A stretch of DNA of 64,000 nucleotides. Source: an uncultured virus (IMG/VR IMGVR_UViG_3300017978_000189). Lineage: Duplodnaviria > Heunggongvirae > Uroviricota > Caudoviricetes. The DNA lies in the IMG/VR virus record IMGVR_UViG_3300017978_000189. One strand, given 5' to 3'. Position 1 is the stretch's first letter. Each line of letters opens with the position of its first letter. Positions 8,346 through 17,738 of this stretch are shown in pieces. The position numbers and the translations under genes were made by a program. Below the pieces are notes generated by a model that saw only the letters and a list, made by a program, of their open reading frames with translations, made no database searches and was not told the origin of the DNA.

Positions 8346-9325
8346 TTGCCAAGTCTTTCTTTGTATGCAATCATTGAACGCTTGATACCCTCTTTAAGAG
8401 TAGTTTGAGGGACAATGCCATACTTTGCTTGGCGAGTTCCATCTAAACAGCGAACAGGATCTCCGTTCATTTTACTCTCATCCCATACAATTGTCAACTG
8501 TTTTCCGGATATTTCTTTAAATGTTTCTACAATTGTTTCAATTGTTTCTTTAATAGATACTGCTTCTCCACATCCGTAGTTAATAATGTCTTTGACTTCT
8601 TTCTTAACTACGTCAATAGTAGCTTGGGCAACGTCATCACCGAATACAAAGTCTCTACGTGCAGAACCGTTACCCCAGCATACAATATCATCTCCGGGCA
8701 CATTGTATAGTTTCCAGATATTCGTACTAATAACGGTTGCATCTTCTGCAAAGTTATCATTAGTACCATAGATATTGCTAGGACGGATTACTGTCCAGTT
8801 ATCCCAACCGTACTGTACAGTCAATGATTCTAGTGTAGCTTCTCCCATACGTTTTGTCCAGCCAGGATACCAATCGTTCTTACTAGGAGTTGTGACCCAT
8901 ACATCGTCTTCACGCATTAATTCTGCTGGCTGATATACTCCAACACTAGATAGATATACAAACCAATCTACTTTTGCGTCAAACGCTGCTTTAATCATGT
9001 TTGTGTTAAACATTAGCATTGGGAATAGATAATCGCACGGTTGCTTAGAACTACGTGCGGGTGAACCCTTAATACCCGCAATATGGAGTACAATGTTAAT
9101 CTTCTCACCTGCAAACAAATCTTCGCAGTTAGTTAAGTAAGTCAAGTCTTTATTAACGATAACCAAGTTAGGATTATCATTCTGAAGTGCTAGTAACTCA
9201 TTACCAATCTTAATGTCTACTGCGTACACTTTAGATGCACCCTCAGCTAAACACTTCTTTACAGTAGGTAGACCCACTAAACCATTAGCGCCAGTAATTA
9301 CTACTGTTTTGTTTTTGAATTCCAT
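8342..9325 (-). CDS. GDP-fucose synthase-like NDP-sugar epimerase/reductase
   Basis: TGANGLVG, RPSNIYG.NDNF and WGNGSARRDF motifs. Confidence 0.85.
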   Translation of the reverse strand: MEFKNKTVVITGANGLVGLPTVKKCLAEGASKVYAVDIKIGNELLALQNDNPNLVIVNKDLTYLTNCEDLFAGEKINIVLHIAGIKGSPARSSKQPCDYLFPMLMFNTNMIKAAFDAKVDWFVYLSSVGVYQPAELMREDDVWVTTPSKNDWYPGWTKRMGEATLESLTVQYGWDNWTVIRPSNIYGTNDNFAEDATVISTNIWKLYNVPGDDIVCWGNGSARRDFVFGDDVAQATIDVVKKEVKDIINYGCGEAVSIKETIETIVETFKEISGKQLTIVWDESKMNGDPVRCLDGTRQAKYGIVPQTTLKEGIKRSMIAYKERLGK

Positions 9326-10714
9326 TTAATTTCCTTTTAAGTATGTGAATGTTTCTTCGTATGGGTTCAATGAACTCATAGTCATTAATAATTGTTGATT
9401 GTGTAATAGAACATCTTTAATAGAGTAATACCAATCATGTAGCTCTTGTATTGGCATATTGTTTAATCGTTCGATTTCACTATAGATATGCTTCATGCGA
9501 AGTTTATAGTCCGTGATTTCGTCATATGATTCATCAATAAACGGACTGAATGTTTTGAACCCTAACTCTTTTAAATAACTAAGAGTATGATGATTCCCAA
9601 CCATAACAAAGGGTTGAAGATTGGCAATTGGTTTCCAAGTCTTTTCTGATACAAACGGTGTCTCACCTTCTATAAACCTAGTCTCACTGGTTATATGAAG
9701 ATAAGTGTCTTTGAACCAAGATTGTTTACTGTTAGCTGAGTTAAATCCTTGACGTTCATTTTGTGATAAATGCTGAGTATCTAATTCGTATGGAATCAAA
9801 TCATGTAGAGCCTTAGAAAAGTCATTACTATCACTGAACTCAAAGGTTTCAAGTTCATTAAGAACTGACTCGACATTATAATCAAACTTATTCAAAAAGC
9901 TAAAGATACTATTATCTAACAGATTTAATTTTAATGCCATATAACCCAATATGTAACGATGTGGGCGCATGGTTCTATTAAAACACAAAAATCGTTTAGG
10001 TCTTATTACTGAGTGGTCTAAGTCACTCTCTCGTACAATATCTGATACATATCCCAAAGAGGTCACACACGGAAATGAATGTATTTCTGCTGCAAGCTGC
10101 TGGCACATTAATAATTTAGTTGCGGTGATATGTAGTTTAGACTTAGGGTTTGCTAACTTGTACTCTCGGGAACAATCGTTTCCAGGAATAAGAAAGATAT
10201 TGGATCCCAAGATACCTAAATTAGAAAAATAGTCTTCGATTTCCTTGATATCTCTCATGTTGTTAGCCGGGTCGTGTGCATAGTTGATTGCTATCTTTAC
10301 TTTACCCAACTTCATTAGTTTTAGTAACTCAGGACTAATAGTATCCTTTAGTGAATATCTATCTGTTTTTCCATTAATAACTAAAGTGTGACTCTTTGGT
10401 GTATCATGTAAACCAGTGCGAACTTCGATAGGCCATACATACACTGAATTGTCATCAGTGACTTGATTAGGGCTTACAATCTCTGTTTTGTTATTAAATC
10501 TTTTAAAGTAACTCCAGAAATTAGAGTGGTCATAAAGAAAAGCGTTTCCTTCTATCTTTTCACTAAGAAAGTTTTGTGCATGTGACCAAGACTCTCTGTG
10601 ATTTTCTTTGATATCTTGACGCAATAGTTTGTTAATGAGTGGATGGCGACCGTTGGGTAATGGGAACCCATCAGTAGTCCAGTTATCATATACTAATTTT
10701 AAAATGCGATCCAT
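9326..10714 (-). CDS. Putative glycosyltransferase (paralog of 11878..13308)
   Basis: C-terminal ET.F...SEKTWKPIANLQPF...LGFKTFSPFIDESYD, reminiscent of the GT10-like donor-binding EK motif; sugar-cluster context. Confidence 0.6.
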   Translation of the reverse strand: MDRILKLVYDNWTTDGFPLPNGRHPLINKLLRQDIKENHRESWSHAQNFLSEKIEGNAFLYDHSNFWSYFKRFNNKTEIVSPNQVTDDNSVYVWPIEVRTGLHDTPKSHTLVINGKTDRYSLKDTISPELLKLMKLGKVKIAINYAHDPANNMRDIKEIEDYFSNLGILGSNIFLIPGNDCSREYKLANPKSKLHITATKLLMCQQLAAEIHSFPCVTSLGYVSDIVRESDLDHSVIRPKRFLCFNRTMRPHRYILGYMALKLNLLDNSIFSFLNKFDYNVESVLNELETFEFSDSNDFSKALHDLIPYELDTQHLSQNERQGFNSANSKQSWFKDTYLHITSETRFIEGETPFVSEKTWKPIANLQPFVMVGNHHTLSYLKELGFKTFSPFIDESYDEITDYKLRMKHIYSEIERLNNMPIQELHDWYYSIKDVLLHNQQLLMTMSSLNPYEETFTYLKGN

Positions 10715-11325
10715 TTTCCTGAACCATAGTGAGGATATTTACTTTTGTAAGAATAGTGAATAACGTCTGAGGGGATTTCTCGTTTCTTTTCCCATGTTGC
10801 AACGGTGGGTGTGTATGTAGAAACATCATTATCCTCGACAATAAAGTATAACGGTAAGTCAAAGTTACGTGCATACTTGTGTACTTCATAGAAGATTCCT
10901 GACTCAAAACTCATGTCTCCCACAAAGCACCATACTTTATCTGGTAGACCGTTACTTTTAATAGCTTGAGCAACTCCTAAAGCAATCGATAGAGTACCGC
11001 CGACAATAGCAGAGCTATAGAACTTTTCATCAATGTTACAAACGCTGATAGACTTACCGTTAAGAATCTCATTCTCAATATAGCTAGGATCCATTCCCTT
11101 TAATAAAGCATGGTAATGACTGCGCCAATTACTAAACACCCAATCAGTTGTTTTAATTCTTTTGAATATCTCAATCAGTTGTTCTTCATTATTACTAGAT
11201 AGATGCACTGGGCCTCTAATTTTAGCATTTTCCCAGTGACTTACAATTAAATTCTCAAAATTAATCAAGTCGTCTTTGGTATATTGTGCTTCACGCACGA
11301 TAGGGTATTGTTCTAAGTTAATCAT
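10699..11325 (-). CDS. TPP-dependent dehydrogenase E1 alpha-like subunit (short)
   Basis: HLS, WRSHYHAL, IVGG and the TPP-binding GD(M)...EDN motif. Confidence 0.88.
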   Translation of the reverse strand: MINLEQYPIVREAQYTKDDLINFENLIVSHWENAKIRGPVHLSSNNEEQLIEIFKRIKTTDWVFSNWRSHYHALLKGMDPSYIENEILNGKSISVCNIDEKFYSSAIVGGTLSIALGVAQAIKSNGLPDKVWCFVGDMSFESGIFYEVHKYARNFDLPLYFIVEDNDVSTYTPTVATWEKKREIPSDVIHYSYKSKYPHYGSGKWIAF

Positions 11326-11867
11326 CTGTCTCGTCTTTGTAATGTTGGTTTATCTGTAGGCCATTCAATGTTGAATCGTGTGTCATTATACTTAATAACG
11401 CCCTGCTGATTCTCGTCTACGTAGTCGCCCTCGTAGAATAAGTTATAGTGGAAGATACAGTCAGTAAGAGCATAGTGCCCGTTAGCAAAACCCGGGGGAA
11501 TTAATACTTGGTCACGTGTCTTTTCCGTGATAATATATGATTCCCATTTACCAAACGTTTTGCTATCTTCTCTAACGTCAAGTACAACTAAGTAAATGTC
11601 CCCTACTACTGCTTGAACTAGTTTCCAAGTCTTGGTATCATAGTGTAAGCCCCTTAGGACGTTCTGATACGACTTCGAGAACCTTCCGTGTACATTGGCT
11701 CTTGACGGTATAACCTGTGAAACTGGGTGTTTGTCTGTATGATATGTTGTAAAGATTTCCCCACGATATTCACGGTATATTGAGGGGGAATATACCGGAA
11801 CGTCTGTACCAAATGTGTTTAAATATGAAACAGCAAAATGGTCCCAACTGTTATTTTTGTAATTCAT
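11322..11867 (-). CDS. rmlC: dTDP-4-dehydrorhamnose 3,5-epimerase family (RmlC-like cupin)
   Basis: RGLHY, KLV...G.I..V.LD.R..S.TFGKW, IPPGFANG and IEWP motifs. Confidence 0.88.
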   Translation of the reverse strand: MNYKNNSWDHFAVSYLNTFGTDVPVYSPSIYREYRGEIFTTYHTDKHPVSQVIPSRANVHGRFSKSYQNVLRGLHYDTKTWKLVQAVVGDIYLVVLDVREDSKTFGKWESYIITEKTRDQVLIPPGFANGHYALTDCIFHYNLFYEGDYVDENQQGVIKYNDTRFNIEWPTDKPTLQRRDR

Positions 11868-11877
11868 AGCAGAATAT

Positions 11878-13308
11878 TTATTGAGTCACCCTTGCATGTA
11901 GATATTTTATCAAGCTACTAGCTAATTCTTCATTATCTCTAAGACTTAATAAGTGCTTTTGATTGTATATTAGAATATCTTCCATAGACCAATACCATGC
12001 ATGAATTTCTTCTTTACTCATACTAGATAGTCTAACTATCTCTCGGTATATCATATTCAAACGTTTCCCTTCATCAAGTTCATCGTCATATGATTCGTCA
12101 ATAAAGGGGCTGAACGTTTTGAACCCTAAGGATTGTAGCATTTTTAGTGCGCCCGGATAAGCCATGAACAAGAATGGTTGGAAGTTAGCAATAGGCTTAA
12201 AAACCTTCTCTGTCAGTGACTTATGCTCACCGTGCGTGAATGTCTCTGTGCAAATATAAAAATATGATGAAATATGAGCATCAGGGTTAGTATCAGTCCA
12301 TGCACTGATTTGAGTATAATCTAGATTACTCTCGTGCTTTAGTGTTTTAGGGGTATTGGATATTAAATTTTTAACTTTGTCATCATCGAATTCAAAATAA
12401 TATCTTTGAGTTAGACCTATATATTCACGTTGGTCAAATTCGATTGGTGACAGACATGACCAATCTCCGTATTGTAATAAGTCATCTGAAGCTAATTTAA
12501 ATAGCAATGCTTGACGATGTGTTCTTGCTCTGCGAATTTTAAATAGATAATGGTTGTCTCTTAATGTGTTCCGTGATGCTTGAAAATCTTCGGGGCTAAC
12601 TCTAATATGGGGATTGTTGCAAAACTCCTCAACTGTATGCATAGTAACGAATGGCCAGTTAAACACTTCAATCAATCGTTCTTCAGGGGTAAACCAAGAC
12701 TCGTATATTTCTTTTGCATTGAAACTGTTGAGTGCTAAAATAACATTAGACTTATGGATTCCTGAATTTTCTAATCCTTTATGCAAGTTAACATAAGTTT
12801 GTCTTTCGACAAAGTTTTCTTGCCCGTAATCTAATAAGATAATAGCAGTTCCCTGTTGGGCATCATGTAATGCTTCGGCTGACATATGCTTCCAGAAGTA
12901 CTCGCCGTTCATCTTACTGCCGATAGGAGCTACCCCCGTAAACATATCTAAATGCGGAGTAACGTTAATCAAATAGACATATCGATTGAATTCAACTTCA
13001 CCATACTTCTTTTTACCAAAATAAACAGAGTCAAGTACTGCATCCATATACCTTTCATAACAAGGGCTGTATAAATTAGAACTAGAAAGACTGTTAGGCC
13101 AAGAGCCAAACGCATCACCAAATAGTGCTACCACCGGAGTCTGGTCTTTATAACCCTCAGTTTGGTCAAAAAAACTTGTATTCTTTGCAATTTTCGTAGA
13201 GTGTAGTGAGTGGAGGAAATCAATTAAACCCATTTCGGTAACCAATGCGTTTGGCATCACGAAACTAGGGAATACATAATCGTAAAAGAAGGGAATTCTA
13301 TATTTCAT
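11878..13308 (-). CDS. Putative glycosyltransferase (paralog of 9326..10714)
   Basis: TET...LTEKVFKPIANFQPF...LGFKTFSPFIDESYD shared C-terminal domain. Confidence 0.6.
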   Translation of the reverse strand: MKYRIPFFYDYVFPSFVMPNALVTEMGLIDFLHSLHSTKIAKNTSFFDQTEGYKDQTPVVALFGDAFGSWPNSLSSSNLYSPCYERYMDAVLDSVYFGKKKYGEVEFNRYVYLINVTPHLDMFTGVAPIGSKMNGEYFWKHMSAEALHDAQQGTAIILLDYGQENFVERQTYVNLHKGLENSGIHKSNVILALNSFNAKEIYESWFTPEERLIEVFNWPFVTMHTVEEFCNNPHIRVSPEDFQASRNTLRDNHYLFKIRRARTHRQALLFKLASDDLLQYGDWSCLSPIEFDQREYIGLTQRYYFEFDDDKVKNLISNTPKTLKHESNLDYTQISAWTDTNPDAHISSYFYICTETFTHGEHKSLTEKVFKPIANFQPFLFMAYPGALKMLQSLGFKTFSPFIDESYDDELDEGKRLNMIYREIVRLSSMSKEEIHAWYWSMEDILIYNQKHLLSLRDNEELASSLIKYLHARVTQ

Positions 13309-14699
13309 AAGTCTTTACACTTTCTCAAAAAGTCTGATAGTTCAGGGAATGTCTCAGCGAAGTTAGTTCCTCTACGTTTATCATGTTCTAACACAAAGAT
13401 AGCAAAGTCTTTACGGTTCTGCTCTGTGTATTCTGTGGGGTTTTTAATACTATGCTCTACTATCGTGTAAATGCGTTTTAGCTTCTCAGCTTCATTAACA
13501 AAGAACCCGCGATTAATTGTATCAGGCCAGTCTTTGTTCTCTAAGTTCTTATACATGAATGTTACTTGCTCTTTAAGCATATTCAATTGCTCTTCATCCA
13601 TAATAAAGACTGACTGATGCTCAGGGTAGCGCAAGTAAGGAATATCTAATAGCATAGGGTTATACGTTGGAGTACCGTACTTTTGTTTGATAGCTAAAAC
13701 ATCCTGCAAGAATTGCGTATATGTAGTTGAACTGAGTACGTTATAGGTGCTCATAATAGTAAACTGCATCGAAGGGATTGCTTGATAAGTCTTATGGATG
13801 TTCTCAAGCCACAAGTCATAATCCATACCAAATCGAATATACTCAGACTGTTTACCATGTGCCTCTGCTGAGGTAAATAGTTTAAAGTTCTTTAGTAACT
13901 TACCGTCAATAATAATCTTAGCCTTCTCTAAGAACTTGTCAAATAGTTCTTTAGGTGGATTCATGTTCGTATTGATTGCCACTTCTAAATTAGGGTTAGG
14001 GTTAGCAATAATATAGTCTAAGACCTTGAACGTATTCTTATTCAATAATGGTTCGCCGCCCGTGATTCTAAAGTACTTTAATTCTTTGTACATAGTAGGG
14101 AACCATTCCCAGAACGCATCAACATAGGGATTGTCCTGATTGTTTGGAATAGGCATCTGATTCTGTTGCTTGATCCAAGTCAAGTTGTTGAAGTTATGCT
14201 TTGTAGGGTAGGGACCAAATCGTTCAATTTCTTCCATCCATTGACTTGAGATGTGTGGTGAGCAATAGCTACACTTGAAGTTACACACGTTACCGAATGA
14301 GACTTCTACATACGATGGGTCTGTGTTATCATCCCAAGGCTTAGTTAATATATCATTGATATATGGACGTGCCCACGAATCGTCTGCTGACTTATGAATT
14401 CTATCACTGAAACTGTCTTTCGCATTGTCTTCTACACGCCAGCAATAGTCGCATTCGCTAGGACGTTCGCCCTCAAGCATTAACTTACGTTGTTCTTTCT
14501 TAAACTGACTATTATGTAATGCTGTTGGATTCTTTTTAATCTCGTCAACAGAAACAAAATGCGTTGTGGGATGATGACATGAATGCGTGTGTCCGTTTTG
14601 CAAGTGCATCGTAACTTGCTTCCATTTAGCAACACAGAAGCTAGGACTTACTTCATCTAGCTCTTGTTTTACTTTAGTTAAGTGTGTGTTATAATCCAT
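13305..14699 (-). CDS. Radical SAM protein with N-terminal Cys-rich (twitch-like) region
   Basis: CNFKCSYC (CxxxCxxC) and ITGGEPLL; N-terminal C...SCHH...C..C auxiliary ligands. Confidence 0.9.
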   Translation of the reverse strand: MDYNTHLTKVKQELDEVSPSFCVAKWKQVTMHLQNGHTHSCHHPTTHFVSVDEIKKNPTALHNSQFKKEQRKLMLEGERPSECDYCWRVEDNAKDSFSDRIHKSADDSWARPYINDILTKPWDDNTDPSYVEVSFGNVCNFKCSYCSPHISSQWMEEIERFGPYPTKHNFNNLTWIKQQNQMPIPNNQDNPYVDAFWEWFPTMYKELKYFRITGGEPLLNKNTFKVLDYIIANPNPNLEVAINTNMNPPKELFDKFLEKAKIIIDGKLLKNFKLFTSAEAHGKQSEYIRFGMDYDLWLENIHKTYQAIPSMQFTIMSTYNVLSSTTYTQFLQDVLAIKQKYGTPTYNPMLLDIPYLRYPEHQSVFIMDEEQLNMLKEQVTFMYKNLENKDWPDTINRGFFVNEAEKLKRIYTIVEHSIKNPTEYTEQNRKDFAIFVLEHDKRRGTNFAETFPELSDFLRKCKDL

Positions 14700-15646
14700 T
14701 ACCAGCCTTCTTGTTGTCGTATAATATCTATCTCTTTGACCAATGGTCCTAAATTCTTTTTGTCTTTATTTGCATGACGTTTAAAGAATTTACTTTGCTC
14801 TGCTGAGAGAGTACACATTGGCAAGTCAAGTTTATCGCTTAAGGCTTCTCCAAAGAACTTAGATGAATAATGAGGGTCTCTGTCCTTATAGTCTTCCCAA
14901 ATAGTAGTTAGATTATCGAACCATTGAACTTGCTTAGGGTCAAAGTCATGTAGCATTGTCATGTAAGTGCCAAGTCTAGCTCCGTAGATAGCCCAGATTC
15001 CATTCTCTACGTCTGCGCCTACGTTGTGCCAGATAGTAAGATTGTCAAAGTTGCGACCAGATACCGAACGTTTGAACTCATTGATACTGGGAGTTAGACC
15101 ATCTACTAAGCACATCTTTACACCCTCTCTGAAGCCTGCACGCCATGCTTGAAAGGGTGTGTAGTTAGGGTATGTTGTGCTATAGCAATCGTGCATACTC
15201 CAGTATAAACTGTTGTTATAGTCTAAGCAGAAGTCAACGGTGGTAGTGTTGTTACCATCACTAGCCTCATGTGTCTTCATGTTCATCACATAGTCTTTTG
15301 TCCAGCTGGACATACCACCGTTGCCATACACTAACCCGTTGATATTGTTACGTGCTCTCCAGCGAAACTGTGCTTCTTTATATGATTCGTCTTTGCCCGT
15401 GAAGTCTAAAGTCAAGTCAAAGAAGTTAAAGTCGGGTAAGTTATCTCCGTCGATTAGAATAAATCGTTCTGTGTCTGATTCCTCTGCAGCGGCTTTGTGT
15501 GCTGCATCACTACCCTTGACCCCATCTACTCTACGTGCCCACGGCACCATGTTCTTAATCTTAACCCAGAATTCTTCTTTCTGCGGTTCGTCATAGCTTA
15601 GATAAATGCAATCTAAGTCCTGTACTTCAATTATGTCTGAATTCAT
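14699..15646 (-). CDS. Putative GT-A fold glycosyltransferase
   Basis: FILIDGDN (DxD), RVDGVKGSDAAHKAAA and AWRAGFREGVK; paralogous to the C-terminus of 2092..3828. Confidence 0.65.
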   Translation of the reverse strand: MNSDIIEVQDLDCIYLSYDEPQKEEFWVKIKNMVPWARRVDGVKGSDAAHKAAAEESDTERFILIDGDNLPDFNFFDLTLDFTGKDESYKEAQFRWRARNNINGLVYGNGGMSSWTKDYVMNMKTHEASDGNNTTTVDFCLDYNNSLYWSMHDCYSTTYPNYTPFQAWRAGFREGVKMCLVDGLTPSINEFKRSVSGRNFDNLTIWHNVGADVENGIWAIYGARLGTYMTMLHDFDPKQVQWFDNLTTIWEDYKDRDPHYSSKFFGEALSDKLDLPMCTLSAEQSKFFKRHANKDKKNLGPLVKEIDIIRQQEGW

Positions 15647-15911
15647 TTACGGTTAAATCCCATGTTATACCTTCACTTGTAATCATTGATATGTCATCAC
15701 TGCTACAAGTGATTCCTTTAGTTGAGGGCTTTAGTTTTCTAATCACCGTCATCTCACTCTTTTTAACAATCTCACCATTAATTACATACACATCAGGTCT
15801 GCATTCATGGTAAGTGTCACCATCGATGACGATATAATTACCCTCAATATTCTCACAAGTATAACATAAAACTTTCCCTGTGTCATCATAATATAGTCTA
15901 AATTCAACCAT
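15627..15911 (-). CDS. Hypothetical protein
   Basis: 94-aa ORF overlapping both neighbours in the operon. Confidence 0.7.
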   Translation of the reverse strand: MVEFRLYYDDTGKVLCYTCENIEGNYIVIDGDTYHECRPDVYVINGEIVKKSEMTVIRKLKPSTKGITCSSDDISMITSEGITWDLTVNEFRHN

Positions 15912-16617
15912 AATACTTGTCTCCGAATGTTTTTACATAGTAATGAAACGGGTACTGCTGCGGGATAGTTTGAATACGTAACGGGTTGAACTCATAGACT
16001 AATTCACTTGTCCAGTCTTCTGTCGCTAAGTTGTTGATAAATTGTTTCATATGGACAAAAGAAAAGTCATCGTAGTTCATAGTTGTATTCTCTGTACCCA
16101 TAATGTGACATGCAATAGAGTACACCCAATCTGTACTAGCCTCTTCGTCAGTGTCACAGATTAAGATTTTCTTGTATTCTTCCCAGTTTTGAAAGATTTC
16201 CTTAGTTAAGTTAAAGAAATCTTCTGAGAATTTACTTTTCTTAAAGTAAGTCATAGCGTTATATACGTCTGGGAGATTGTTGGCACGGGTGAACTCTCTG
16301 TACGCTTTCACATTAGATATATTACCCTTATAGTCTCTGATTGTATTACACACTACGATATCTTTTTGTGATAACACATCGAACCAGTAGTCAACATTCT
16401 TAGTCATAATCATGTCAGCTTCTAATTTGATTGTATCGTCATAGGGTGATAGATTGTATACCTCACTATCTGTACTGAATGATGGCTTACCCTCAGTGAT
16501 AATTGTCACGGGAATGTCGGGCATGTGTCGCTCAATACTGTCACGCAACGTTTCAGCACACTTAACATAGTCTGTAGTGTCTGAGTTCTGAGCCATAATA
16601 ACAAAGCCCTTACTCAT
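15904..16617 (-). CDS. Putative GT-A glycosyltransferase (paralog of 16610..17383)
   Basis: SPYDDTIKLEADM motif; cluster context. Confidence 0.6.
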   Translation of the reverse strand: MSKGFVIMAQNSDTTDYVKCAETLRDSIERHMPDIPVTIITEGKPSFSTDSEVYNLSPYDDTIKLEADMIMTKNVDYWFDVLSQKDIVVCNTIRDYKGNISNVKAYREFTRANNLPDVYNAMTYFKKSKFSEDFFNLTKEIFQNWEEYKKILICDTDEEASTDWVYSIACHIMGTENTTMNYDDFSFVHMKQFINNLATEDWTSELVYEFNPLRIQTIPQQYPFHYYVKTFGDKYYG

Positions 16618-17383
16618 CTACTAACTCCATAAATGTTTCTTTGCTCATACAGTGAAAGTCCATGTCTTTGATTTTCATATACTCAGCACGTTTTCCTGTC
16701 TCATTTAATAACACATACTCTGTATTAAATGAAGTATCATTTGTGCGATATACTTTCACGTAACTGTTTACGTGATTCAATGTCCACGGGATATAGTTAC
16801 GTTTCTCGTCATAGTGCCCGTCAACAATGCGTGTAGCAATAGTGATACCATAGTCATTACGGTACATAGGGCTATTGATATGATAGAGGTTAATATAGTG
16901 ACTGTAGTTATTCTGAACCATTTCTAAACACTGAAAGATATGTTTAACTCTCTCAGTCTTTTTGAATACAATAACTGTAGCCCATAATGTCTTAAAACTT
17001 CTGTCACTGACGTATTCAGTATCATGCCCTTCAGTTAGAAAGAATGTACTGTCATGGCACATAAAGTCATCGTAGATATCAAAGACTTTCAATAACTGGT
17101 CACTGTTTACTAGATAGTCTGTGTCTAATAAGATAGTTTCATCGTAGGGTGTTAAGTCGTATGCTCTGTATCTACCCTTGTTATACCATGGATTACTGTC
17201 TTTCTCGTTACTTGTTTCAGCACTTACGTTAATGATATTGAACTCTGGGTTCTCGGGCTGAATATCCGTAACAATAGTAACGGGTAAGTTTAGAAAGTGT
17301 TTTACTCGTTCGGCTGCTTTAACTGCCATTGTGTAATAATCTACTTTAGGATTATTAAAGGCAAAGAACATTACTCCCCTCAT
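16610..17383 (-). CDS. Putative GT-A glycosyltransferase
   Basis: TPYDETILLDTDY (DxD) and YRND motifs. Confidence 0.65.
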   Translation of the reverse strand: MRGVMFFAFNNPKVDYYTMAVKAAERVKHFLNLPVTIVTDIQPENPEFNIINVSAETSNEKDSNPWYNKGRYRAYDLTPYDETILLDTDYLVNSDQLLKVFDIYDDFMCHDSTFFLTEGHDTEYVSDRSFKTLWATVIVFKKTERVKHIFQCLEMVQNNYSHYINLYHINSPMYRNDYGITIATRIVDGHYDEKRNYIPWTLNHVNSYVKVYRTNDTSFNTEYVLLNETGKRAEYMKIKDMDFHCMSKETFMELVDE

Positions 17384-17685
17384 CGCAATGACTGTAGTTT
17401 ACTGTATTCTTCGTGCCACTCGTGCATGACTGCAACGTACAAATCGTTAGCAAACGTTAACAAATCGAAACGGTCTACCTTGATAGGGTTCTCATAGTTA
17501 TCTAACAATACTAATGACTTAGCAGGGCTACTTGCTAACTGTGCTAAAAGCTCAGGGGACGCTGTCCACATTCCACCTTGTTGGGCGAATATGAGTTTAC
17601 CTTGATACTTTGCTTTAAGATATTCTTTGTTTTGGTTGTGACTAAATCTAGCTTTAGCCTGGCTCAATATGGTTTTGGTATCCAT
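17380..17685 (-). CDS. Hypothetical protein
   Basis: 101-aa ORF with GGAG SD and an upstream TAAATA motif (17704-17709). Confidence 0.75.
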   Translation of the reverse strand: MDTKTILSQAKARFSHNQNKEYLKAKYQGKLIFAQQGGMWTASPELLAQLASSPAKSLVLLDNYENPIKVDRFDLLTFANDLYVAVMHEWHEEYSKLQSLR

Positions 17686-17738
17686 TCAAAATACTCCGTA
17701 GAATATTTAAATGAATACCAGTTGCCCAATATATTTTA

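Noticed and set aside
5424..11325. Pyruvate dehydrogenase as an energy-metabolism gene set
   Set aside because: Subunits are short, separated by sugar genes, and no E2/E3 is present in the window.
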